56,976 bases of DNA. Origin: Savitreella phatthalungensis (taxonomy: Eukaryota). The stretch is taken from positions 186,001 to 242,976 of the forward strand of contig AP039710.1 in the NCBI GenBank assembly GCA_051599415.1, given 5' to 3'. Positions 40,304-49,174 of this stretch are shown here, piece by piece. The translations under genes were made by a program, and so were the position numbers. The stretch's first letter is position 1; every line of letters begins with the position of its first letter. Below the pieces are notes generated by a model. It was not told the origin of the DNA. It ran no database searches and saw only the letters and a program-made list of their open reading frames with translations.

Positions 40304-43177
40304 TTATCGTGATGCTCGACCTACCGTCCGAACGCGTGCACGCTCCAAATCCTCGACCTCCTGCCTGCTGAAGAAGTGAGGAGCCGCGGTGAGGAGCCAC
40401 TCCGGCCGAGTATCGAGGCAGCTGCGCATGTACTCCTTCGTCGTCAGCACGAGCTCGTGGTAGAGCACGTATTTTGGCTTGAGCGTGTGGAGGACTGAGG
40501 ATGGGTGGATGAAGACCTGCTGCGATGTCTTCAGATTCTTGTAGCTCCCGTCCTTGGCCAATTTGGCAGCGTTATAGAAGAAACCGCGGGTGAGCGCTCT
40601 TCGAATGGCTTCCGGGTCGGCTTCGCGGTCGGTATCGCCCGCCGTCGTGTCGTCTGACGCTATCAGTCGCTCGAGCTGTCTCCTGACGTCGCGCGCCCGG
40701 CACAGTGACTTGAACTGTACAAAGTTGTCCCTGCACCAGCCGCGCGAGTATCCGGCATCCTGCCAGCCGCGGTACACGGCCAGCAGGGTGAGGTGATCGC
40801 CTTCCGGTCGAGTAAATCCCTTGCGCGCCTGGTCGGCGTGGTACGCTCTGTCCTTCGGCCTGTAGAACAGCTGGCCTGCCTCCTGGAGCATGGCGACAAT
40901 CGTGAGCACGCCATCCGCGCAACCATACTCCTGTGCAGCCAGCACGCTCCGCGACAGCATTGGATCCATCGGGAACTCAGCCATTTGTCGGCCGACCTTT
41001 GTCAGCTCGCCGCGGACGTTGAGGGCGCCGAGAGCGTACAGCTGCTCGAGCGACCGCATCAGTGTCTCCGCGGGCGGCTTGTCGAGAAAGTCAAAGTCGA
41101 GGAGCTCGTTGATGCCGATTGACTTGAGGAGCAGGAGGACGTTGCCGAGGTTGGTGCGCTGGATCTCCGGCGTGGTCGATCGCTCGAGCTCGTTCAAGTA
41201 CGCCCACTTGGTGAACAGACGAAAGCATTTCCCGGGAGCGCTTCGGCCTGCACGACCGGCACGCTGGTCGACGGCTGCGCGCGAGCACGGGCTTACCACC
41301 AAGCTGCTCATTCCAGTTTTTGGGTTGTATCGATTTTCCTTGTTGAAGCCCGGGTCGATGACGTAGACGACACCGTCGATCGTGATGGACGTCTCTGCGA
41401 TGTTTGTCGCCAGCACGACCTTACGTGCGCCAGCGGGCGTGCGCTCGAAGATCTTACTTTGGAGCTCAGAGGGCAGTCCCGCGTAGATGGGCGCGATGAT
41501 GATGTCGGGCACCTTGCTGCCGAGCTTACGACACGTCTCCGCCATGTTTTCCGCAGCTGCCTCGATCTCGTCCTGTCCTGTGAGGAAGACGAGGATGTCT
41601 CCGGCCGGCTGAGTGGTGTGAATCTGGAAAATGGTCGTGATGGCCGCATGCAGGTAATTCGCTTCGGGAGCGGCTGTGTAGTGAATGTCGACGGGGAACT
41701 TCCGTCCAGGGACTCGAAAAATGGGCGCGTCGTCGAAGTAGTCGGAGAACTTCTGCGCGTCTAAGGTCGCGGACGAGATGATGAGCTTGAAGTCCGGACG
41801 GAATTTTGTGATATCCTTGACCAGGGCGAAGAGGATGTCGGTCGCAAGCGTCCTCTCGTGAGCCTCGTCAATGATCAGCACAGAGTACTGCGAGAGTGAC
41901 GGCTCCGTCATGAACTCTCGCAGAAGCATGCCGTCCGTCATGTACTTGATCCGCGTCCGCTCGCTCGTCACATCCTCAAACCTCACGCTGTAGCCAACAT
42001 CGTCGCCGAGCTTGCAGCCCATTTCCTCTGCGACGCGTGCGGCAACGCTCATCGCCGCCACCCGACGCGGCTGTGTGCAGGCGACCTTGCCGGCCTGCGT
42101 GAACCCGGCCTCGTCTAAATACTGTGGAAGCTGTGTGGTCTTGCCGCTGCCGGTCTCGCCGACCACGATCAGCACCTGATACCTCTGCATTGCATCGAGC
42201 AGCTCCGTCCTGTACCTGAACATCGGAAGCGACTCTCGGACCTCCCGAATGCTCTCGGCTGCAATGAGAGGGCCCTCAGGCTCATCAGACCCTGCGAGAG
42301 CATCCTCCACCACGAAATCAATGTGCGCCGAGTCGTCAAACACGTAGTCGTACTCGTGGTCGTCAGGCTTCTCCTTGACGCGGGGAGCTGCCTTGGTTCG
42401 CTCTCGCTCCCATGAATCCTCGTCGCCCTTGTCGTGATCGTTGTACCGAGAGAACAGTGCACCCTCCCGTCGCGCGCTGTCAGTCGTCGTGTCCTGCGGG
42501 AGCGTGTACGCTCGCACATCCCTGTCCTCATCCTCGTAAGCTCTCAGGGTGTCGCGCATGACCCGGAGTGCGTACAGTTCCGAGCGCGTTGGTCTCGCCG
42601 TTTCAGAGAGCAGCTCCTCCTCAATCTTGATCTTCTCCTTCAAGAGAGCAATCTGCTGTGGCAGTCGCTTCTTGAGGTACTCCTGCCGGGCGCGAACACG
42701 CAGCTCAGCGATCGAGGGTCCACGTCTGTCTGACCCATGTCGCTCTGGATCCTTTCGCTCCGTAGCGTGTCGTGCTGAATCATGACGCTCAGTACTAGCC
42801 TGGTCGACAGCATGGCGCTCCGAATCATGCCTCTTTGTGCCAGGTCGCGCAGACGTCGATTCGGCGGGATGTGGGGAACTTGCAATACGTTTACGAGTCG
42901 CTCGGCCATCTTCGCTATCCGCGGCGCGAACCTCAGAAGCGTGCTGAGAGGGCGTCGATTCATGACCTGGACGGCTGGCGATGCGCGCTAACAGCTCGCG
43001 AGAGAATCGCTGAGCGGCGGGACCCTGTGGGAGTCCAACATCTTCGAGGCGCGTCGCAAGGCCATCCGCATGATCTGCTCGTTGCGCACTCGCGATGATG
43101 AAATCCTCAACATGACGCTCACTCCCACCGACCAATAACTGCAGCTGATCAGACACCCAATCCCTCAGCACCGACAT
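40304..43177 (-). CDS. PRP2: Spliceosomal DEAH-box RNA helicase Prp2/Cdc28/DHX16
   Basis: GETGSGKTTQLPQYL, TQPRRVAAMSVA, IIDEAHERT, SAT, LATNIAETSITI and QRAGRAGR. PWI-like N-terminus WVSDQL..LVG and the R..ARQEYLKKR motif of DHX16 orthologues. Confidence 0.92.
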   Translation of the reverse strand: MSVLRDWVSDQLQLLVGGSERHVEDFIIASAQRADHADGLATRLEDVGLPQGPAAQRFSRELLARIASRPGHESTPSQHASEVRAADSEDGRATRKRIASSPHPAESTSARPGTKRHDSERHAVDQASTERHDSARHATERKDPERHGSDRRGPSIAELRVRARQEYLKKRLPQQIALLKEKIKIEEELLSETARPTRSELYALRVMRDTLRAYEDEDRDVRAYTLPQDTTTDSARREGALFSRYNDHDKGDEDSWERERTKAAPRVKEKPDDHEYDYVFDDSAHIDFVVEDALAGSDEPEGPLIAAESIREVRESLPMFRYRTELLDAMQRYQVLIVVGETGSGKTTQLPQYLDEAGFTQAGKVACTQPRRVAAMSVAARVAEEMGCKLGDDVGYSVRFEDVTSERTRIKYMTDGMLLREFMTEPSLSQYSVLIIDEAHERTLATDILFALVKDITKFRPDFKLIISSATLDAQKFSDYFDDAPIFRVPGRKFPVDIHYTAAPEANYLHAAITTIFQIHTTQPAGDILVFLTGQDEIEAAAENMAETCRKLGSKVPDIIIAPIYAGLPSELQSKIFERTPAGARKVVLATNIAETSITIDGVVYVIDPGFNKENRYNPKTGMSSLVVSPCSRAAVDQRAGRAGRSAPGKCFRLFTKWAYLNELERSTTPEIQRTNLGNVLLLLKSIGINELLDFDFLDKPPAETLMRSLEQLYALGALNVRGELTKVGRQMAEFPMDPMLSRSVLAAQEYGCADGVLTIVAMLQEAGQLFYRPKDRAYHADQARKGFTRPEGDHLTLLAVYRGWQDAGYSRGWCRDNFVQFKSLCRARDVRRQLERLIASDDTTAGDTDREADPEAIRRALTRGFFYNAAKLAKDGSYKNLKTSQQVFIHPSSVLHTLKPKYVLYHELVLTTKEYMRSCLDTRPEWLLTAAPHFFSRQEVEDLERARVRTVGRASR

Positions 43178-43201
43178 GCCATCGGCTTCGAACAGCTGTC
43201 G

Positions 43202-44002
43202 ATGACGAGCAAATTACAGACAAAGCACGGGCCAATCTATGCCAATAATCGCGTCTACTCGCCAGAAGGTGAGCTCATGTTCAGATGCAGTGATAGAAAG
43301 CTGGACTGGTACAGCGTTCGAGGGCTCGCGCTTGATTACGACGATGGCGAGTCTGTAGGGCGCGCGATCAGGTTGACCTTTGCGCCGCGGGGAAAAGGTA
43401 GGACAAGAGATGGAGACGCCTGGTATCTGGAGCAACAGACAAACAGGTGCGTTGTCTGTGGTGCGCCCGAACGGCTGACCCTTCACCACGTCGTCCCTGC
43501 GCAATATCGCAGGCACATGCCGGACAGATACAAGTCACACGGCTCTCACGACGTTCTACCGGTTTGCATCGTCTGTCACGCAGCGTATGAGGGACACGCG
43601 GAGAAGGTGAAAAATAAGCTCGTCGAGCGATACGCAGCTCCACGTGACGGTGTAGGCTGGATCAGACACGACGTTAGCGCCATTCGAAGCGCCGCTAGCG
43701 CTCTGCTCAACTGGGCAGATCGAATACCGGAAGGACGTCTGCAGGAGTATCGCGCTCGACTGGAGAGACACTATGGAGGGGAAGTCACGGAGAACAGATT
43801 ACAAGAAGCTAGCGCCCTTCAAGTCGCCGTCAAGGGTCCACGATACAAGGATCACGGACTGCTTGTGGTCGAACAGCTGAACGACGCAGACGATCTGGAC
43901 GAGTTTGTACGTATGTGGAGACGTCACTTCATAGAGTGCATGTCCCCTGCATTCCTCAGCACCACTTGGTCGACTGAAGATCCCGTGTTTGTAGAGTCAT
44001 AA
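43202..44002 (+). CDS. Stand-alone HNH-like Zn-binding protein resembling the C-terminal region of EXD2
   Basis: IY.N..VYSPEGELMFRC..RKL.WY..RGLA, IRLTF.P, NRCVVCG, HHVVP..YRRHMP..KSH.SHDVLPVC..CH, HG..VV and F..MWRRHF...M.P.FL...WS. No DEDD exonuclease domain. Confidence 0.75.
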   Translation: MTSKLQTKHGPIYANNRVYSPEGELMFRCSDRKLDWYSVRGLALDYDDGESVGRAIRLTFAPRGKGRTRDGDAWYLEQQTNRCVVCGAPERLTLHHVVPAQYRRHMPDRYKSHGSHDVLPVCIVCHAAYEGHAEKVKNKLVERYAAPRDGVGWIRHDVSAIRSAASALLNWADRIPEGRLQEYRARLERHYGGEVTENRLQEASALQVAVKGPRYKDHGLLVVEQLNDADDLDEFVRMWRRHFIECMSPAFLSTTWSTEDPVFVES

Positions 44003-44340
44003 TGATATAGCGTGAGAAATGATTAATTCTGACTCATGCGTGAATCTCTAGCTGAAGCGATCAGGCGCAATTTCCATGTCATATCCTACGTTTCACTGCA
44101 TTCGTGTGCATCGAAATCCATTCAGAGTACATTCGATTTGTAATGGGTGGAAATTTCCCTCACAGCACCTTCTAGTTGATCTGCCCAGCTAGCAGAAGCA
44201 GGAGCAGGAGCGAGAGCAGCATCAACCGCACCAGTAGCTACTTGCCCATACACGGGAAACAACCCCAGCACACGTATACTCGGGGTTGAAGACGACGACG
44301 ACATCAAGCACAACTCACAGCAGCACGACATCTCTCCAAA

Positions 44341-44997
44341 ATGGCTCGCCGTCCTGCTCGTTGCTATAGATACTGCAAGAACAAGCCGTTCCCGAAGTCG
44401 CGCTTCAACCGGTCGGTACCAGACCCGAAGATCAGGATCTACGACCTGGGACGCAAGAAGGCAGGTGTGGATGAGTTCCCGCTCTGCATCCACCTCGTCT
44501 CGAACGAGAAAGAGCAGTTGTCGTCGGAGGCGCTTGAGGCTGGTCGTATCGCTGCCAACAAGTACATTGTGAAGAACTCCGGCAAGGACTCGTTCCACAT
44601 GCGCGTTCGCGCACACCCATTCCACTGCGTCCGTATCAACAAGATGCTGTCGTGCGCAGGTGCCGACCGTCTGCAGACGGGTATGCGTGGTGCCTGGGGT
44701 AAGCCCGCAGGACTTGTGGCCCGTGTCGAGATTGGCCAGGTCATCTTCTCCATCCGGTCAAAGGACTCGAACAAGGCGACCGTCATCGAGGCTCTCCGTC
44801 GTTCATCATACAAATTCCCAGGACAGCAGAAGATCATCGTCTCGAAGAAGTGGGGATTCACCTCGCTCGACCGACAGGCATACATCGACCGCCGCCAGGC
44901 AGGCAACATCCGCCCAGACGGCTGCTACTGCCAGTTCGCTTCCAGACACGGAAAGCTCGAGGACAACATGCGCAACTACCCTGCCGCATTTGCCTAG
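44341..44997 (+). CDS. RPL10: 60S ribosomal protein L10 (uL16), intronless
   Basis: [21 protein letters not shown] and [25 protein letters not shown]. Confidence 0.99.
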   Translation: MARRPARCYRYCKNKPFPKSRFNRSVPDPKIRIYDLGRKKAGVDEFPLCIHLVSNEKEQLSSEALEAGRIAANKYIVKNSGKDSFHMRVRAHPFHCVRINKMLSCAGADRLQTGMRGAWGKPAGLVARVEIGQVIFSIRSKDSNKATVIEALRRSSYKFPGQQKIIVSKKWGFTSLDRQAYIDRRQAGNIRPDGCYCQFASRHGKLEDNMRNYPAAFA

Positions 44998-45225
44998 ACC
45001 TATTCTCTCAGGTAAAATGATGATACGTTAAGAAACAAAGAGTCAAGACAGACAGAAAGGTGTGTTTACATGTACAAGCCAGCGAGTGCGTTAAGAGGAG
45101 ATGCATTCATGCGTTAGAACAGGTGTAGACGTGCACCCTTGACGGTGCGGAAAGTGATGGAAAAAAAAGGAGAAGTTTGACTGCGCTTGTGTGCGCTTGT
45201 GTGCGCTTGTGCCGGATCAAATGCT

Positions 45226-48024
45226 TCAATCCCAGCTTCGTGAAAAGTCTGGCGGATAGACTGGGTTTGGATTCGTCCGCGCGTGCGGTCGTCGAAGCCT
45301 TGCCCTCAGTTTTTCGGCGACATGATGGTGGTGCGTGCCTTGGGTGTCTTGCGCGAAGTCGTGCTGAGAAGCGTCGGCCGGATCTTCGTCGAGTCCACCG
45401 TCCACCTCGGCCACGACGACCTTGCCGGTGTCTGGGTCAAGGATCGCGTTGGCGGTGGAGGCCCAAAGACCGCGACGCCTCAGATCCTCGACTTCGGATT
45501 TCGCGACCCCGAGCTTGTCCTCGGGAAGCCAGATACACGGACGGGTGCGGCGAAGCGCAACGTGTTGGAACGCGTCATCGGTATCAATCTCCTCATCCAG
45601 ATCCTCCTGGTTCTCATCCACAACTGGAGCTTCCACATCACGTGACTTCGCTGCATCCGCCTGGACAATCCTAAGACGAGCGATTTGCGCAGAAGTGCGT
45701 TTCCCGCTCAGTGCTCGCTTGACCGACGCAGGCGACAGCGGCGGGGAATCCTGAGGAGTCTCTGATTGGCCTTGTCCGCGGCCAACGTCCAAGCGCTCGC
45801 GCGCGGGCAACGAATCGGTCCCGTCGAGCTTTGGCGGCGAATCGATCTGGTCGAGCACAGGCACAGAGTCTTTCTGTTCGAGCTCGGGCACCGCAGCTTC
45901 CTGATCGAGTTGTGCGGCATCGAGTGGCAGGAAGTGGACCGCCGGACGGTAAGCTCTGAAAAGCGACAAGTGGAAGACGATCGTCAAGCCGAATAAGATG
46001 ATGGCGAAAATGCCCTGTACCTTGCACGGGACTCCATTGCCGTCCTGGTTGCGGACGAGGAAGAAGAGCCCTGTGAGAATGAGCTCGAGGAAGTAAGCGC
46101 CGACGAAAGTCTGATTCAGGGCAGCCGGGAAGGACAGACCGCCAGTGTCGGTGTCGAAGTCGAGGACGAACATGACGTTGTAGATATAGTCGAGGACGAA
46201 GAGAGCAAAGGCGACGACGACGAAGATGAGGATCAAAGGAGCGATCACTGAGTAGATCATGCCGATGCACGCGAGCACGGTGAATGATGGGAACGTCGTG
46301 CCCCAATTCTGCGACTGGAGCCTGTTGAGGCGTCGCCACTTCTGTCGAGGCGTCGAGTCGACGATCGGGGCGAGCAGGAACCTCTTGACGAGGGTCAACA
46401 TCTGCGCGAGGTCGCCGCTCGACACCGACAGACCTTGCAGGACGAAGTAGCTGAAGTAAAAGGTGGCTGCCTTTGGCATATTGGTAGCGAGCAGCTGTGG
46501 AATGCGGGTCGGTGACTGCACGGCAGAGTTGATGAACGCCGTCACAGACGACGCGATCGTGATGACGAGGAAGAGCTGGACGAAGAGGAAAAAGAAGTAC
46601 ATCTCCTGGACGACGAGGGAGACGACGGTCTTGGTCGGATGGCCCTGCAGCCTCGCGCCCAGCTTCATGAGTACGGGCACGAGCGCGAGAACGGCCGCCA
46701 TCAGGACCGTCGGCACGAGGCCAGTTATCACGCCTTGATACTTGGGCGGTACATTCGTAAGGAAGGACAGGAACGGAGCAACGCGAATGAGACTGGTGAT
46801 GTTGCTGAGGCCGCCGATGAAGGTGACCGGGATGGCGAAGAAGATCGTGAAGGCGATCACGCCAGCCCAGACGGCAGCCGTCAGCAGGGACCGCTCCCAC
46901 CACCTTCGCGCCATATTGCCCCAGATGACGTCGCGCGGATCGAGTTCCAGGTAGCGCGGCTGGCACTTTGTAAGCTCCGTCGACGGCAGAGACTGAACGG
47001 CCATGTGAGCCGCGATCTGACGGTTAAATTGGACGAAGGCGCTGTTCGAGGCAGGAAGCTTGTTGGGGTTCTCTCGGGTGAGTGCTATTCCGCTATCCAG
47101 TCGAGTGAGCTCTTCCTTGCACCAGTCGATCGTGTCGACCTTGTGGCCAATGAAGAAGAGCCAGTTCGGCAGGCAGGTCCGTCCATTGCCGATGACACGG
47201 TGGTGCGGTCGATTCGGCTTTCCTTTCTGAGACGTCTTCATTAGGCCGAGTACGCCTGCCTCGAGCTTCTTCGCGATCTTGACTCGATCCTCGACGTCGT
47301 TCAGCAATGTCGAGCAGTCTCGGTTGAGCCAGACACGCCTGACACCGCCAGGCAAACCCTCGAAGAGATCCCGGACACCTACGTCGTCGCGCCTATCCTG
47401 CGGGAGGGAGTTGACGAGAATCGTGGTAGCCTGCGGAGATGCCCTGTGCCTCGCGGAGCGCAGCCAGTCGTGCCGTGTCTCGACGAAGTGACGCATCTCT
47501 ACCGCGACGTTGTAGCAGAACCATGAGATGAGCAAGTACGCGAGGATGATGTGCGCCCAGTACCTGGCCGTGTGCGTCCGAGGTACGTTGCCAAACGCGA
47601 ATCTGTCAAGACCCTTGACGGAAAGCAGGCCAGCCGGTGGATTGTCGCCGAGTCCGCCTGCATAGTTGATCGGCAACAGGATCGGCCAGATTAAAAGGAG
47701 TGCCGGCGTGAAGACGATCAGAATGAAGCGAAGGTACCGGATGAAGAAGTAAGAGTCCATGCCGCTTCGCTCGATGATGATCTTCCTGTGCCTGAAGATA
47801 TTGAGGATGACGAGTGGCCAGCCGAGCGACGGGAGCGGCTCCATTCGTCGTTCCTTGCGCACCGTCGGGATGTATGCTCGCGGCTCGTACACATTCTTGA
47901 GCCTCAACCTGAGCAGGAAGAAGACGGCGAGAAAAGCGAACGAGACGATTCCGTTCGACAGCAGCGTCACCACGAACGCACTCAGTGACGTGCCACTGTA
48001 CTGCTCAACCTGCGCTTGTGACAT
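45226..48024 (-). CDS. OSCA/TMEM63 (Csc1/Rsn1/Phm7-like) calcium-permeable mechanosensitive channel
   Basis: VYEPR, GMDSYFFIRYL, ILLPIN, RYWAH, SAFVQFN, P.DVIWGN, YFFFLFVQLFLV, MPKAATFY, YSVIAPLIL, DTGGLSFP and IWLPEDKLG. Confidence 0.93.
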   Translation of the reverse strand: MSQAQVEQYSGTSLSAFVVTLLSNGIVSFAFLAVFFLLRLRLKNVYEPRAYIPTVRKERRMEPLPSLGWPLVILNIFRHRKIIIERSGMDSYFFIRYLRFILIVFTPALLLIWPILLPINYAGGLGDNPPAGLLSVKGLDRFAFGNVPRTHTARYWAHIILAYLLISWFCYNVAVEMRHFVETRHDWLRSARHRASPQATTILVNSLPQDRRDDVGVRDLFEGLPGGVRRVWLNRDCSTLLNDVEDRVKIAKKLEAGVLGLMKTSQKGKPNRPHHRVIGNGRTCLPNWLFFIGHKVDTIDWCKEELTRLDSGIALTRENPNKLPASNSAFVQFNRQIAAHMAVQSLPSTELTKCQPRYLELDPRDVIWGNMARRWWERSLLTAAVWAGVIAFTIFFAIPVTFIGGLSNITSLIRVAPFLSFLTNVPPKYQGVITGLVPTVLMAAVLALVPVLMKLGARLQGHPTKTVVSLVVQEMYFFFLFVQLFLVITIASSVTAFINSAVQSPTRIPQLLATNMPKAATFYFSYFVLQGLSVSSGDLAQMLTLVKRFLLAPIVDSTPRQKWRRLNRLQSQNWGTTFPSFTVLACIGMIYSVIAPLILIFVVVAFALFVLDYIYNVMFVLDFDTDTGGLSFPAALNQTFVGAYFLELILTGLFFLVRNQDGNGVPCKVQGIFAIILFGLTIVFHLSLFRAYRPAVHFLPLDAAQLDQEAAVPELEQKDSVPVLDQIDSPPKLDGTDSLPARERLDVGRGQGQSETPQDSPPLSPASVKRALSGKRTSAQIARLRIVQADAAKSRDVEAPVVDENQEDLDEEIDTDDAFQHVALRRTRPCIWLPEDKLGVAKSEVEDLRRRGLWASTANAILDPDTGKVVVAEVDGGLDEDPADASQHDFAQDTQGTHHHHVAEKLRARLRRPHARTNPNPVYPPDFSRSWD

Positions 48025-48434
48025 TGTCGCGACAGTCGTCGACGGACTTTTGTGTCTCTCTTGTAGAAATGAGAGTACAAATTAAACTAGGGGACATTCT
48101 TCGTCATCAGCCAGTACAGGAAGAAATGCACACCAAAACAAACACTCTTTGGAAACCTTAATGGAGTAGCCTGCCACTTGTGTCGAATGGATGCACGATG
48201 AAATCTTGCAGCAGATGCAGATCTCATAGCACGATCCAAACGGGTGCTAAATTTAGAAGCTCGCTGACCGTCCCACGGATGTCGATCCAAACCACCCTTG
48301 AAAGTGAAACGCCGTTCCGATGATCGGAGATCATGTGAACGGGTCAGGCTCCCGCGGATGATCCGACTACATGGATCCGATTGCACGAGAGCCCTTAAGA
48401 TCATGCGCTGGCCCCTCTCGAGACGGAATGAGTC

Positions 48435-48815
48435 ATGCAGAGCCTCGTACTGACGCTGCTGGTCCAAATCGTTGTAGCCGGCGCAGCGTACTCCGACGGC
48501 GCACAGACGTCGTACAACGATGGCTATTGTCAGTGCTGGCTCCGGACAGACCAGTATGTGACGTACGACGGGCAGGCGATTCTGGAGCAAAGGTGGGATG
48601 ATGTACCGAGTTCGACATACGATGTGAGGACCGACGCAGACTACCTTTTCATCAATGAGCTCACCAGTCCTCATCTGGGTCGTATACTGATCGCGGTCCC
48701 TTTCGACGGCCAGCGCGGCGCACTCGTCCACTTCCACTGGAATGATGTGTATTTCTACGACACTCGTCATCAGAGCCGCACTTGGAGGCGATGTCGCGGA
48801 AGAGAGCTAGATTAG
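48435..48815 (+). CDS. Small secreted protein (126 aa), candidate effector
   Basis: Signal peptide MQSLVLTLLVQIVVAGAAYS, a CQC motif and an aromatic-rich mature region; first gene distal to the housekeeping block. Confidence 0.55.
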   Translation: MQSLVLTLLVQIVVAGAAYSDGAQTSYNDGYCQCWLRTDQYVTYDGQAILEQRWDDVPSSTYDVRTDADYLFINELTSPHLGRILIAVPFDGQRGALVHFHWNDVYFYDTRHQSRTWRRCRGRELD

Positions 48816-49174
48816 TAGGCGAGCAGCCACAAATACCCGTCAGTAATACTCGATCAACCAGATTCTCTTCTTCTTCTTTGTGGCTGCAGACGTGTGATGC
48901 CTAATTTGTGATCATCGTGCCGGCGGTGTTGATCGTGGTCATCGCGGTTGGTCTTGAAGCGACGATCTGTCGTCGTCGCAAGCGCGAAAGACGAGAGAGC
49001 TGCAATGCTCGCGACGTGAAATTCTTCCAAGGGCGCTTGAAATCCCCGAACTATCTCGTGCTCGCACAGGAGTGAAAGCCGTAGTCTCACAGAATAAAAC
49101 AAAGATCGCCGTAAAGCACGGAAATCACACTCTGTTGTCATGGCTATCATCACCATCAGCATTATCGTAGCTGC

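Noticed and set aside
44030..44080. Possible C/D snoRNA upstream of RPL10 (ATGATT...CTGA)
   Set aside because: Imperfect box C, no terminal stem, and no rRNA guide identified.
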